Shown here in pieces: positions 50,393 to 60,087 of a DNA stretch of 64,000 nucleotides. The notes below the pieces were generated by a model. That model did no database searches. It was not told the DNA's origin and saw nothing but the letters and a program-made list of their open reading frames with translations. The number at the start of each line of letters is the position of its first letter. Position 1 is the first letter of the stretch. Both the position numbers and the translations under genes were made by a program. The DNA is from Nostoc sp. DedSLP01. Its GTDB lineage: Bacteria; Cyanobacteriota; Cyanobacteriia; Cyanobacteriales; Nostocaceae. The stretch is taken from contig JAVRCJ020000005.1 of assembly GCA_034530875.2 (NCBI GenBank), forward strand, positions 32,001 to 96,000, given 5' to 3'.

Positions 50393-50992
50393 TTATTGAG
50401 AAATGCCACTGGCTAAAATACCAAGAATTTTATTTACGTCTTTGAGATAATATTCACTTAAATCAATAGTTAGTGTTTGTTTTTCTAGTTTGAGAAATTG
50501 CCAAATACTGCCTGTTGTGACTGCGCCGTAAATTGTTTTAATCTCAGTTGCAGCTTGCTGGTTAAAAATTTGTGCTGCTACCATTTCTGCCGCACACTGA
50601 CCCAAACCTGCATTAATATTTTCTTTTTTAGCTTCTACAACTGTAATTACTGGTGCTGTCAAAATGAGAATTTCTGGAGATTTTGTAATAATAAAATCGC
50701 AAGTGCCATTTAATCCTTTGGCATTATCAACAGTAAAATCTACCCCAGAAAATAAACTAACTTGCTCGTGTAATTGTCGGCGCAAGTCAACTAAAATGGG
50801 AGCAATGATTAACTCAGAACGGGCTTTTTCACTATTACTACCTAAAGCGATCGCCAGGTTATAATTAAGTGTTTCTACAAGTAAATTACTTGCTGCTAAA
50901 TCAGGAACAGCAGCGAAAATATCGCGTTTTTCTAATGTGGTTAAGCTAAACTCTTGTTTTGCTTTAGCTAAACTAAAGTCGCTATAAGACAT
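50393..50992 (-). CDS. Cyanobacterial hypothetical protein with PD-(D/E)XK-like motifs
   Basis: SEKARSELII, GTCDFII, VVEAKK, QCAAEM, GAVTTGSIWQF; ATG at 50992 preferred. Confidence 0.75.
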   Translation of the reverse strand: MSYSDFSLAKAKQEFSLTTLEKRDIFAAVPDLAASNLLVETLNYNLAIALGSNSEKARSELIIAPILVDLRRQLHEQVSLFSGVDFTVDNAKGLNGTCDFIITKSPEILILTAPVITVVEAKKENINAGLGQCAAEMVAAQIFNQQAATEIKTIYGAVTTGSIWQFLKLEKQTLTIDLSEYYLKDVNKILGILASGISQ

Positions 50993-51078
50993 AAAACTAC
51001 TACTCTTTTTTGTAATTTCATAACTTAAGAAATAAAATGTAGGTTGGGTTAAGCAAAGCGCAACCCAACACAAAACTA

Positions 51079-51420
51079 TCATTTTGTCTGGGAAATATTC
51101 TCAATTTGAGTTATCTGACCCAGAGATACTTTTAAAGCTAAGATGGGTAAGGCGGTAGCTGCAATCAGAACAGCAGTAGCTAAGATAATTGCAACTGGTT
51201 TCCCGCCAGATTGAACTAAGACCTTAAAAATGTTTTCTGCTGTCTGACCCCCAGCTTGAACTAATTCCACTGTATCTGATTTGCTCAAAGCAGCAGTAAT
51301 ATTTTCAGCAATATCCAGAAGTTGTTCTGTATTGTTTGATTGGTTCAGAACATCTAGAGATTTATTTATTGGCTGTTGCTGTGGGTGTAAATTTTCGTTT
51401 TCCGGATAGTAAGTAGACAT
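51079..51420 (-). CDS. Small hypothetical protein with a C-terminal hydrophobic helix
   Basis: 113 aa; AGAGGAG RBS; divergent from the ATPase pair. Confidence 0.65.
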   Translation of the reverse strand: MSTYYPENENLHPQQQPINKSLDVLNQSNNTEQLLDIAENITAALSKSDTVELVQAGGQTAENIFKVLVQSGGKPVAIILATAVLIAATALPILALKVSLGQITQIENISQTK

Positions 51421-51480
51421 CGTTTTGCACTCCTCTGTTGTTGGGATGTCTCTATACTCGCCTGTAGTCCATAGTTATAC

Positions 51481-51552
51481 GTAGGATGTAGGTAAATGTA
51501 GGATCATGCCATAAATACAAAGAATATCTACATAGACGTAGGATTATGTAGG
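51481..51552. promoter_or_regulatory. Phased GTAGG direct repeats in the divergent promoter
   Basis: GTAGG at 51481, 51488, 51498, 51538, 51548; inverted CTACA at 51528. Confidence 0.5.
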
Positions 51553-51618
51553 TTTTGCTGTAAAATACTGAACTTATATCCAGGTGTTAACTCCACTTTA
51601 CCAACTCAATCAGGTTAA

Positions 51619-52725
51619 ATGAAAGCTGAAGAAGCATTAGAGTCTATTAAGCAAATATTTGAGGAAAGAAAAGGAAAAGTAGTATCCCTGAGTAAATTAG
51701 AACAAAAAGTTTTTCTACTAAGTTGGGAAGGTATGAACTATGGTCAAATGCCTTCTAAAATAGATAAGCCTAATCCTACTACCAAACCATATACAGAACA
51801 GTATTTAAAAGAAATAGGCAAAAGTTTAATTGATAAGATTAAAAAAATTTTGAATTTAGACGATATTGATAAAAGAAATTTTAGGGAAGAAATTGAAAAT
51901 TTTTTGGTTAGAAATTACAACCAGCATACTCAAAAATTCCCTCGTATTACTCCGCTCAATTCAGACTATACTGCCCCTCAAGAGCTACCTAATAATAGTT
52001 CATCTGAGCAAAATCACAATCCCTTCATTCCTTTGACTGCCAGAGTAGAAGAAAAGTATCTATTTTTTGACCGAGAGTGCGAAATCCGGCGAATATTTGA
52101 GGTACTGAATAGCGGTAGTAGTGTCGTTTTGATTGGTGAAGAGGGAATTGGAAAATCCTCGCTGCTATGGATGATTTCCCAAGAAGCAGAAAGTCGTCTC
52201 AATGTTCAACGTCAGCCAGTTTTCTTAGACCTGAATTTACTTCATAATGAAAGTCAATTTTATAGTAATTTGTGCCACGAGATTGGTATGCCCGAAAGTC
52301 AAGACTACCAGTTAACCCGCAATTTGCGAAATCGTAAAATACTACTGGCTATAGATAATCTAGGAAAACTAAACAGGGAAGGTTTTACTCGCAACATAAG
52401 AGATTATTTGCGCGGTTTCGCTGAAGGAAGTAATGCTCCGTTGAAGCTGATTTTAGCTGCTACGGAACCTCTGAATAATCTTTTTAAGGATAGTCAGGAG
52501 CAAGGTAATACTTCTCCTTTAGCGGGTATTTGCCAAGAGGAACACATTTATCCTTGGGATGAAGCTACTATGCGCGCTTTTATTACCAACCGTTTGGCTA
52601 ACACTTCTGTGAGTTTTACTCAGGAACAAATTATCCAACTCATTCAAGAAAGTGGCGGACATCCTCGCAAACTGATGCAATTGTGTTATCGAACTTATTC
52701 CCGGTATGTGGAGAGTTTGCAATGA
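51619..52725 (+). CDS. STAND-like P-loop ATPase with N-terminal helical/HTH-like domain
   Basis: NPF..FFDRECEI, Walker A GEEGIGKSS, altered Walker B LLAIDNL, SGGHP. Confidence 0.8.
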   Translation: MKAEEALESIKQIFEERKGKVVSLSKLEQKVFLLSWEGMNYGQMPSKIDKPNPTTKPYTEQYLKEIGKSLIDKIKKILNLDDIDKRNFREEIENFLVRNYNQHTQKFPRITPLNSDYTAPQELPNNSSSEQNHNPFIPLTARVEEKYLFFDRECEIRRIFEVLNSGSSVVLIGEEGIGKSSLLWMISQEAESRLNVQRQPVFLDLNLLHNESQFYSNLCHEIGMPESQDYQLTRNLRNRKILLAIDNLGKLNREGFTRNIRDYLRGFAEGSNAPLKLILAATEPLNNLFKDSQEQGNTSPLAGICQEEHIYPWDEATMRAFITNRLANTSVSFTQEQIIQLIQESGGHPRKLMQLCYRTYSRYVESLQ

Positions 52726-52738
52726 TGGAGACAGAATA

Positions 52739-55360
52739 ATGACTCCTGTACCCCGCTTAGACTTAAAACCCAAGTTAAAGCGTTCCCTGTCTGTGTGGAA
52801 TCCCTTGGATTATCTGCGCCTTTTGTACTGGGTGTTTTTCTTTCCCCAAGCTTTGCGGTGGTATGTCGATGAGTTCGGAGGTGGGTATATTTCTGAAGAA
52901 GAAATGAATTGGCGAAAAGGATGGGAGTTATTGCGTCAAAATGCTATCCAACGCCAGTTAGTTTTTCAAGGATTATTTTTAACAGTAATTACACCTGTTG
53001 CTATAGGCTTTATTTTTCAAGCTCTAAATGTTCCCGTTAACTGGTTCTATGTAGCGGTAAGCGTAGTGGGAAGCATCGTGGTAGGTGTGGCGGGAGGCGT
53101 GGCGGGAGGCGTGGTATTCGGCGTGGCGGGAGGCGTGGCATTCGGCGTGGCGGGAGGTGTGGCATTCGGCGTGGTGTTCGGCGTGGCGGGAGGCGTGGTG
53201 CTCGGCGTCACAGTAGGCGTGACAGTAGGTGTGGCGGGAGGTGTGGTGAGAAAGGTGGCATTCGGCGTGGCATTCTGCATGGCGGTAGGCGTGGCATTCG
53301 GCGTGGCATTAGGCGTGGCATTCGGTGTGGCATTCGGTGTGGCGGTAGGCATGGCGTTACTGCGTCCAGAAACCTGGCTTATTGGCTCACCTTTAAACTT
53401 ACGAATTATTCAAAACGATAGTTGGCTACTCCCCCGCATCACTCCGCTTCCTCTTCCTAATCTTGTCTGGCGCTTAGAAAATTGGTTGCAAAATGATTGG
53501 GAAATAGGTTTACATAATATCAATGAACTACTCGCATATACCTTACAATTCATTCCTGTTATCCAAGCACTCAACAGAGTACTTGCCAAAATCCCCTCAG
53601 AGGAAATTATTTGGAATGTCTCTCGTCTAGCGGCAGATCCTTTTGATTGGAATATAGTACGTTTTGCTTCAGCTTCTTTAGATGAAACTTTAAAGTTAAG
53701 GTTTATCAAAGGTTTCTTCTCCTTCCCCTTGTTCCTTTTCTTCCCTCGTTCTTGGGGAGAAGGTTTACAGACTCCTTTTAACACAGACACTCGCTTAGAT
53801 ACTTTCGCCCATGCTGCTGCTGCTGGTTTCTGGCATCTGCACGAAAAAGAACCAGCCAGAGCAATAGAGGCTTTTGCTGTAGTGCGTTCTCTTCTCTATG
53901 GCGAGGAAATGTATACCCTTGCCCAAACTCTAGCAGCGTTTCAGAACGCTCAAAAACCAGCCTCCATTGCTGCTATCCAAGTTCCTACTTTTCCACAGAA
54001 ACTGCTTTTACGTCCAGATACCTGGGAAGTTCTAGCTCATCTGCGTCGAGTTGTTGAAGATGTCCAGTTTGTTAACCGCAGCGTCTCACGTTCAGCCAGG
54101 TCTTTAGCTCTCAATCGAGCATTAGGCGAACTGACAAAAATCCTAAATCAAGCCAACACCTTGCCGCAAGCAGAGCAAGGGTTAATCATAGATATCGCTC
54201 AAACTTGGAAAGAAAGCCTTTTACAAATCGCTGGTGAAGTGGGAGAAATTTCCATCACCAAACCTGTGGTTAATCCTTATGTTGTAGGCGACCCCGTTCA
54301 AGGTCATCTCTTTGTTGGGCGAGAAGATATCATCAGACAGTTAGAAGAACTCTGGCTGATGGGTAACCAACTCCAGTCTGTAGTTCTCTACGGTCACAGG
54401 CGTATGGGCAAAACTTCTATTCTGCTTAACGTTGCTAACCGTCTAGGCTCACAGATACAGCTAGCATACGTCAACTTGCTACGTTTGGGAGATAGTCCCC
54501 AAGGTGTCGGTGAGGTGCTGATGGCAATTTGTGATGAAATTTCTCAAACTGTAAAACTTCCACCGCCAGCTGATGCTGATTTATTAAATCTTCCCTACCG
54601 GACTTTTGAGCGTTATTTAAAACAGGTGGAAGCAAAGCTAGAGGGTGGGTTAATCATCGCCTTAGACGAGTTCGAGAAGATTGAAGATTTAATAGAAGCC
54701 AAAAAAATCCCTATGGATTTTATGGGTTTTCTGCGGGGGTTGGTGCAAATGAGTTCTAAAATCGCCTTTGCCTTTGCTGGTTTGCACACCTTGGAGGAAA
54801 TGACAGCAGATTATTTTCAACCTTTCTTTGCCAGCGTCATTCCTATTCATGTTGGCTTTCAAGAACGTGCAGCTACTCGCCAAATTCTGGCGAACCCAGG
54901 TAATGAAGACTTCCCCCTCGACTACATCCCAGAAGCTTTAGATGAAATTTATGCTTTGACACATGGTCAACCATATTTAGTGCAACTCGTGGGTTTTCAG
55001 CTGGTGCGCCGCTACAATGACTTTGTTTTTGAGCAAGGGCGACCTCGTGACCCAGTTTTCACAATACAAGATGTGGAAGCAGTTATCAATGACCCTGAGT
55101 TTTTCCAGCGAGGACGCTACTACTTTGATGGGGTTTGGGGTCAGGCGGCGCGGGGTGCTGAGGGTCAACAGGCAATTGTACGAGTACTTGCACCTCATCC
55201 AGAGGGGCTAAGTCTGGATGCCTTAGCTCAGTCTACAGGGATGAATGACGCTGATTTAGAAAAAGCGTTGAATACTTTGAAGCGTCATGATGTCGTTGAG
55301 GAAACTCAGGGAAAATGGCGGATTATGGTAGAACTGTTTCGCCGCTGGGTTTTACGGTAG
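52739..55360 (+). CDS. Membrane-anchored STAND-like AAA ATPase with Gly/Val/Ala repeat region
   Basis: TM region with GVAx repeats; NPYVVGDP, FVGRE, GHRRMGKTS, IALDEFE, THGQPYLVQ, C-terminal wHTH-like; GGAG before ATG at 52739. Confidence 0.85.
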   Translation: MTPVPRLDLKPKLKRSLSVWNPLDYLRLLYWVFFFPQALRWYVDEFGGGYISEEEMNWRKGWELLRQNAIQRQLVFQGLFLTVITPVAIGFIFQALNVPVNWFYVAVSVVGSIVVGVAGGVAGGVVFGVAGGVAFGVAGGVAFGVVFGVAGGVVLGVTVGVTVGVAGGVVRKVAFGVAFCMAVGVAFGVALGVAFGVAFGVAVGMALLRPETWLIGSPLNLRIIQNDSWLLPRITPLPLPNLVWRLENWLQNDWEIGLHNINELLAYTLQFIPVIQALNRVLAKIPSEEIIWNVSRLAADPFDWNIVRFASASLDETLKLRFIKGFFSFPLFLFFPRSWGEGLQTPFNTDTRLDTFAHAAAAGFWHLHEKEPARAIEAFAVVRSLLYGEEMYTLAQTLAAFQNAQKPASIAAIQVPTFPQKLLLRPDTWEVLAHLRRVVEDVQFVNRSVSRSARSLALNRALGELTKILNQANTLPQAEQGLIIDIAQTWKESLLQIAGEVGEISITKPVVNPYVVGDPVQGHLFVGREDIIRQLEELWLMGNQLQSVVLYGHRRMGKTSILLNVANRLGSQIQLAYVNLLRLGDSPQGVGEVLMAICDEISQTVKLPPPADADLLNLPYRTFERYLKQVEAKLEGGLIIALDEFEKIEDLIEAKKIPMDFMGFLRGLVQMSSKIAFAFAGLHTLEEMTADYFQPFFASVIPIHVGFQERAATRQILANPGNEDFPLDYIPEALDEIYALTHGQPYLVQLVGFQLVRRYNDFVFEQGRPRDPVFTIQDVEAVINDPEFFQRGRYYFDGVWGQAARGAEGQQAIVRVLAPHPEGLSLDALAQSTGMNDADLEKALNTLKRHDVVEETQGKWRIMVELFRRWVLR

Positions 55361-55431
55361 GAGGACAATAGACCAATACGGTTCGGTTAAGATAAGAGAC
55401 AGCGATTTATCGCGTCTTTGTGACTATCTAG

Positions 55432-55523
55432 GCGATCGCATTTACTATTTCGGCGACAGCATTTACTATTTCAGCGATCGCATTTACTATTTCGGCGACA
55501 GCATTTACTATTTTTGCGATCGC
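55432..55523. repeat. 21-nt tandem repeat built on HIP1
   Basis: GCGATCGCATTTACTATTTCG alternating with GCGACAGCATTTACTATTT..; 4 units plus a terminal HIP1. Confidence 0.9.
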
Positions 55524-55541
55524 AAAAGCTATCCTAACAAC

Positions 55542-56657
55542 CTATCTTCTTAAACTGCGCGGGTCGAGTGCATCTCGCAAGCCGTCACCAAGTAAATTAA
55601 ATGCTAGCACTGTCAAAATAATCAATATAGCCGGCGGCCAAATTAACCAAGGTTGCAAAACCATAATTGAAGCATTACTAGCCAGAGAAAGCATATTGCC
55701 CCAAGAAGGGTCTGGTTGTTGAATGCCCAAACCAATCAGACTCAGTATCGCTTCTGCGCCAATAAAGCTGGGAACTGCCAGAGTCGCAGAAATAATTACA
55801 TAAGTAGCCGTCTGCGGCAAAACATGACGGACAATAATATAAAACGGGTTACCGCCCATTGCCCGCGAAGCCTGCACAAATTCTCGCTCTTTAATTGATA
55901 ATACTTGTCCGCGAATTACCCGCGCTAAACCAGCCCAGCCAATAACTGAAGTAATCACCACAATCAACAAAAATCGCTGGGTACTGCTTAAACCAGGCGG
56001 CAAAACTGCCCCCAAGGTGACCAAAAGATAAATGCTAGGAAAAGTCATTAGTACTTCTGCTAAGCGCATGATGATGCTATCTGTCCAACCTCCGAAGTAG
56101 CCAGAAATTCCACCTATCAGCAAACCGAGAGGAAAGGAAATAGCAACGCCAAAAATGCCGATAAACATACTGATGCGACCGCCATACAACAAGCGACTAA
56201 GTTGGTCGCGGCCTTGGTCATCAGTACCCAAAAGGTTGAATTTTACGCCGTTTGTTGTGCCAAAGAAATGCCAATTCAAGGGAATACCGGGAAAGATGGT
56301 AACTTCATCCCATTTGGGGGGTAGTGGCAAACTTAGCTGCAACAATTTGTATTCTGCACCAGAGACAAATAGACGCAACGGTGAGGGTTTCTTGAAGTCT
56401 ACAATTAATTCGCGATCGCCTGTATCTAAATTTGTCTCTCCCTGAATTGTAGGATAAACATGAGGCCCGATAAACTGCCCCGATCGAGAAACCCAATATA
56501 CCTTAGTTGGTGGCAGCAATGAACCATTAGGCTGTGAGGCATAAGGGTCATAAGGTGCAATAAAATCGGCTGCAATTACTGCTATGTAGAAAATTAACAG
56601 CAAAATTGCCCCGAATCGTGCCAAAGGATTTTTCTTCAGTCGTCGCCACCAATCCAT
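55542..56657 (-). CDS. Peptide ABC transporter permease (DppC/OppC type)
   Basis: LGTDDQGRDQLSRLLYGGRIS, EFVQASRAMG, PSWGNML, GDGLRDALDP. Confidence 0.92.
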   Translation of the reverse strand: MDWWRRLKKNPLARFGAILLLIFYIAVIAADFIAPYDPYASQPNGSLLPPTKVYWVSRSGQFIGPHVYPTIQGETNLDTGDRELIVDFKKPSPLRLFVSGAEYKLLQLSLPLPPKWDEVTIFPGIPLNWHFFGTTNGVKFNLLGTDDQGRDQLSRLLYGGRISMFIGIFGVAISFPLGLLIGGISGYFGGWTDSIIMRLAEVLMTFPSIYLLVTLGAVLPPGLSSTQRFLLIVVITSVIGWAGLARVIRGQVLSIKEREFVQASRAMGGNPFYIIVRHVLPQTATYVIISATLAVPSFIGAEAILSLIGLGIQQPDPSWGNMLSLASNASIMVLQPWLIWPPAILIILTVLAFNLLGDGLRDALDPRSLRR

Positions 56658-56811
56658 AGTAGTTAAAAGTTATAAATTAGGAGTTATGAGTTATGAAGCT
56701 CTTATTTTAATTCATAATTTATGATTAATAATTCTTAACTCCCCACTCCATATTCCCCATTCCTGTACAGACAATGGTTAACCCTTGTCTGTACCTAATT
56801 ACTCTCCACTT

Positions 56812-57693
56812 TTAACTCTTAACTCTTAACTCCTCTAAATACCGCTGTTGTTCTTCTTGTTGTCTTTCGTGTTCCACAACAAACACATTCGAGTAGAGAT
56901 TAGCTAGAATTTGTTTTCCCTGTTGTGTCAGTGACAGATAATGCAGTCCTTCTTGGATATAGGGATATACTCCATTCCAGTAAAACTTCGCGTAATTCTT
57001 ACGTAAATCGGCAGGAGTTTTATAGCCCAAAACTTTATTCATACCAGTTTCTTCAAATTCATAAAATAAAGAATTAATTTTCTTTAAGTAACGCGGGTCG
57101 CTTAATTGCCCAATCAAATCAGCAGCACGTACCAACCCCGCAAAGCATTTTGTATCTTGGTGATCCTCTGCCGCTGGCACCGGAAATCTAGTTAATTCAA
57201 TATTGCTTTTAATCGCATCGGCATCTATTAACTTGTGGCCGCCAAAACGCTCGTCAATAAATAGCTTTGCTCGATCGACATGATAGGGTGTAAGACTGGC
57301 ATCAGAAGCCCCAGGAGCCAAAGAAATCATTCTGCCATTTTTACCTGTGGCATACAAGCCTGCTGTTTCTCTATCTTGTCGGCAAACTCCTTTAACATAG
57401 CCAATATCATGGCTAACTAAGGAGATGATGAAATGTAGCCAATCTTCACTGGAAACACCACCTTCTCTAATATGTTTGCCACGCAAAATTTCCTGCCCTA
57501 CCAGGGCAACTAAGACAGTATGTTCGACATTATGGTAAAGGGCATCGCTATTGGCAATATTTTCCAGAGCCATGTTACCAGCCCAGGCGATAATGTCTTG
57601 ATAGTCATTTTTGAAGCAGCCATAAGTGCGACGGTAACCTTCTCGAATCTGATTTACAAAGGCATCAATTAAAATTTCAGTGGCATTGAACAT
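56812..57693 (-). CDS. HD-domain metalloprotein (Npun_R2479-like)
   Basis: YHNVEHT, SHDIGY, PYHVDR, RAADLIGQ. Confidence 0.85.
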   Translation of the reverse strand: MFNATEILIDAFVNQIREGYRRTYGCFKNDYQDIIAWAGNMALENIANSDALYHNVEHTVLVALVGQEILRGKHIREGGVSSEDWLHFIISLVSHDIGYVKGVCRQDRETAGLYATGKNGRMISLAPGASDASLTPYHVDRAKLFIDERFGGHKLIDADAIKSNIELTRFPVPAAEDHQDTKCFAGLVRAADLIGQLSDPRYLKKINSLFYEFEETGMNKVLGYKTPADLRKNYAKFYWNGVYPYIQEGLHYLSLTQQGKQILANLYSNVFVVEHERQQEEQQRYLEELRVKS

Positions 57694-58020
57694 ATATGTT
57701 TACTCTGGTATCTGAGTGATTTTATTGATTGATAAGCGGGGTTAGGGATTAGGGATGGAGGAGCAGAGGGACGCAGAGGCACAAAGGAAGTTTTAGCAAA
57801 CCTTTCCCTTCTACCCTGAAACGCCCACTCCCCATCCTCTTTTAAATGCCCAATACCTAATGCCCTTGGTCGAATTTTAGACAATGCAGTTTGCTCTTTT
57901 GTAACTCAGGTATAGATGTATATGCTACCTTGACCTATCTTGTATTTCAGGATAAGGTGTGCCTTTGTGCATATACAAACCTGTGAAAAAGATGATAAAT
58001 TACGTGTAACAATCAAAAAC

Positions 58021-58036
58021 TGTATACTAAAGTACA
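58021..58036. promoter_or_regulatory. Candidate NtcA-type site
   Basis: TGTA-TACTAAAG-TACA (TGTA-N8-TACA) in the divergent intergenic region. Confidence 0.35.
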
Positions 58037-58486
58037 TTAACGCTTTTGATTTTAGTTAGATAAAGCTGATATAGATTTATCTATAATTTTTTCACTTATA
58101 ACTTGCGATCGACAGCGATCTAAATACATCTACGCTGTGACATACTTCTCAACCAAGTAAAAATGGAAGGTTTAGAGGTGATATGCATAGAGCTAGATAT
58201 GCAGACGGGTAAAATATTCAACTTTCTTTGCAAAGCTGTCTTGTTAGAGTACTAGAGTTTTTAGAGAAGATACTATAAATTCTGTATCTTAAATTACTTA
58301 TTATTTTAATATCTATGCCAGTAATTATTCTGGATAATGCGTATTATTTTGTCATGTCATATACTATAAATTGCAAAAAATATTTACCCTAAAATGCGTC
58401 ATTTTTGATATAAAGTAAATAAATTTCAACTTTTCTTAAAAAAATATTAATACTGGTAAACATACACAGAAAGTTGAGGTGGCACT

Positions 58487-59944
58487 GTGAGCGATGAAGG
58501 TGTTTCAGAAGTTGATGTGCAAGAATGTTTCAGGTCTGAAGATACAAACTTTGGAGACAAATTGAATCGAAAACAGACCAGAACATGGTTGAAACCGTTA
58601 TTATTGGGTACTGGTTTAGGAATAGCGATCGCTTTTGGCGGTATGGCTATACTCAGCGGTCTGTCATCTCGTCAACAAAGCGCAGTTGGAGATAAAAAAA
58701 TCAACCCAGCAATGACGGTCACTTTCGCCACAGTAGAAAATGCCCGTATTCTCCGTACTCTGAAAACCACTGGTACTGTAGCTCCCCGCGATTTAATTCC
58801 GATACTACCTCAGGTCAACGGTCTACAAATTAAAAGCATCCCTCAAGATATTACAGAAGGAGCTTTAGTCAAAAAAGGTCAAGTTTTAGCGATATTAGAT
58901 GATTCCGTACTGCAAAACCAAATTACCCAAGCCAAGGCAGATGTCGACTCAAAACAAGCAGATGTCAATTCCAGACAAGCAGATTTGGCATCAAGACAAG
59001 CAGACTTGATAGCAAATCAGGCAATAGTCCAGCAAAAAAAAGCAGATTTAGCTCAAGCTAAGGCGAGATTAGAGGAAGCAGCCAAGAATTATCAGCGATA
59101 TCAAAAACTCGCCGACTCTGGAACGATTAGCAGGCAAGAACTTGACACTCGTTCTTATGCTGTGAAAACTGCCATAGAAGTTGTGAATCTCAGTCAAGAA
59201 AATGTCCGTAGCGCCCAAGCCACTGTTAGAAGCGCCCAGTCAAACATTACCAATGCCCAAGCCGCCATCAAGAAAGCCAAAGCTGATGTTAACAGTAGTG
59301 TTGCTAGGATGCAACAACTGCAAACTCAGCTAGCACAAACTCTAGTGCGTGCGCCGGTTTCTGGAGTCATCGCCGAGAAACTTGCCAGGGTCGGTGATGT
59401 CACTGGAGTACCGCCACAAACCCAAGTCGGGACTGTGATTGGTGGCACGCAAAAGCTATTTTCAATTATCCAGGATGAGAAACTAGAACTCCAGGCGAAA
59501 GTGCCTGAGACTCAACTAAAACAGGTAAAAATCGCTACATCTGTGCAAATTACTTCTGATATCGAACCGCGAGTGCGATCGCAAGGACGAGTCAGGGAAA
59601 TACAACCACTAATAAACGATCTAAGACGCGAGGCTATAGTCAAAATTGATTTGCCACCAACAACTTCACTCAAACCAGGAATGTTTGCCCGTGCTGCAAT
59701 TACCACTAACTCAGACATGACAATGGTAGTACCGCAAAAAGCAGTACAGTCTCAACCAGATTCCAGCGTAATTGTATTCACCTTATCGGGTGAAGATACA
59801 GTCCGTAGCCAGAAAGTAGAGTTAGGAGATCCCGTTAATGGTGACAAAGTGGAAATTAAGAATGGGTTGCAGTTAGGCGATCGCGTCATCGTTGACGGTG
59901 CAGCTTATCTCAAAGATGGCGACAAAGTACGAGTTGCAAAGTAA
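58487..59944 (+). CDS. RND efflux periplasmic adaptor (MFP)
   Basis: TM anchor, VKKGQVLAILD, long coiled coil, VRAPVSG, LKPGMFA. Confidence 0.92.
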   Translation: MSDEGVSEVDVQECFRSEDTNFGDKLNRKQTRTWLKPLLLGTGLGIAIAFGGMAILSGLSSRQQSAVGDKKINPAMTVTFATVENARILRTLKTTGTVAPRDLIPILPQVNGLQIKSIPQDITEGALVKKGQVLAILDDSVLQNQITQAKADVDSKQADVNSRQADLASRQADLIANQAIVQQKKADLAQAKARLEEAAKNYQRYQKLADSGTISRQELDTRSYAVKTAIEVVNLSQENVRSAQATVRSAQSNITNAQAAIKKAKADVNSSVARMQQLQTQLAQTLVRAPVSGVIAEKLARVGDVTGVPPQTQVGTVIGGTQKLFSIIQDEKLELQAKVPETQLKQVKIATSVQITSDIEPRVRSQGRVREIQPLINDLRREAIVKIDLPPTTSLKPGMFARAAITTNSDMTMVVPQKAVQSQPDSSVIVFTLSGEDTVRSQKVELGDPVNGDKVEIKNGLQLGDRVIVDGAAYLKDGDKVRVAK

Positions 59945-60002
59945 AAAAGATTTAGGTATGGGGGATTGAACATTGGGCATTGGAGATGAGGAAGAAATAA
60001 CC

Positions 60003-60061
60003 AATGACTAATGACTAATGACTAATGACTAATGACTAATGACTAATGACTAATGACTAAT
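60003..60061. repeat. STRR (AATGACT) x8
   Basis: Perfect 7-nt tandem repeat between the MFP and RND genes. Confidence 0.95.
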
Positions 60062-60087
60062 CCAAAAATCTAAAATCTAAATTTCTG

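Noticed and set aside
53047..53352. Pro/Thr/Ala repeat ORF on the minus strand
   Set aside because: It is the antisense shadow of the GVAx repeat in the ATPase gene.
55432..55523. Possible mini CRISPR array
   Set aside because: Units are contiguous 21-mers with no unique spacers, and no cas genes are in the window.
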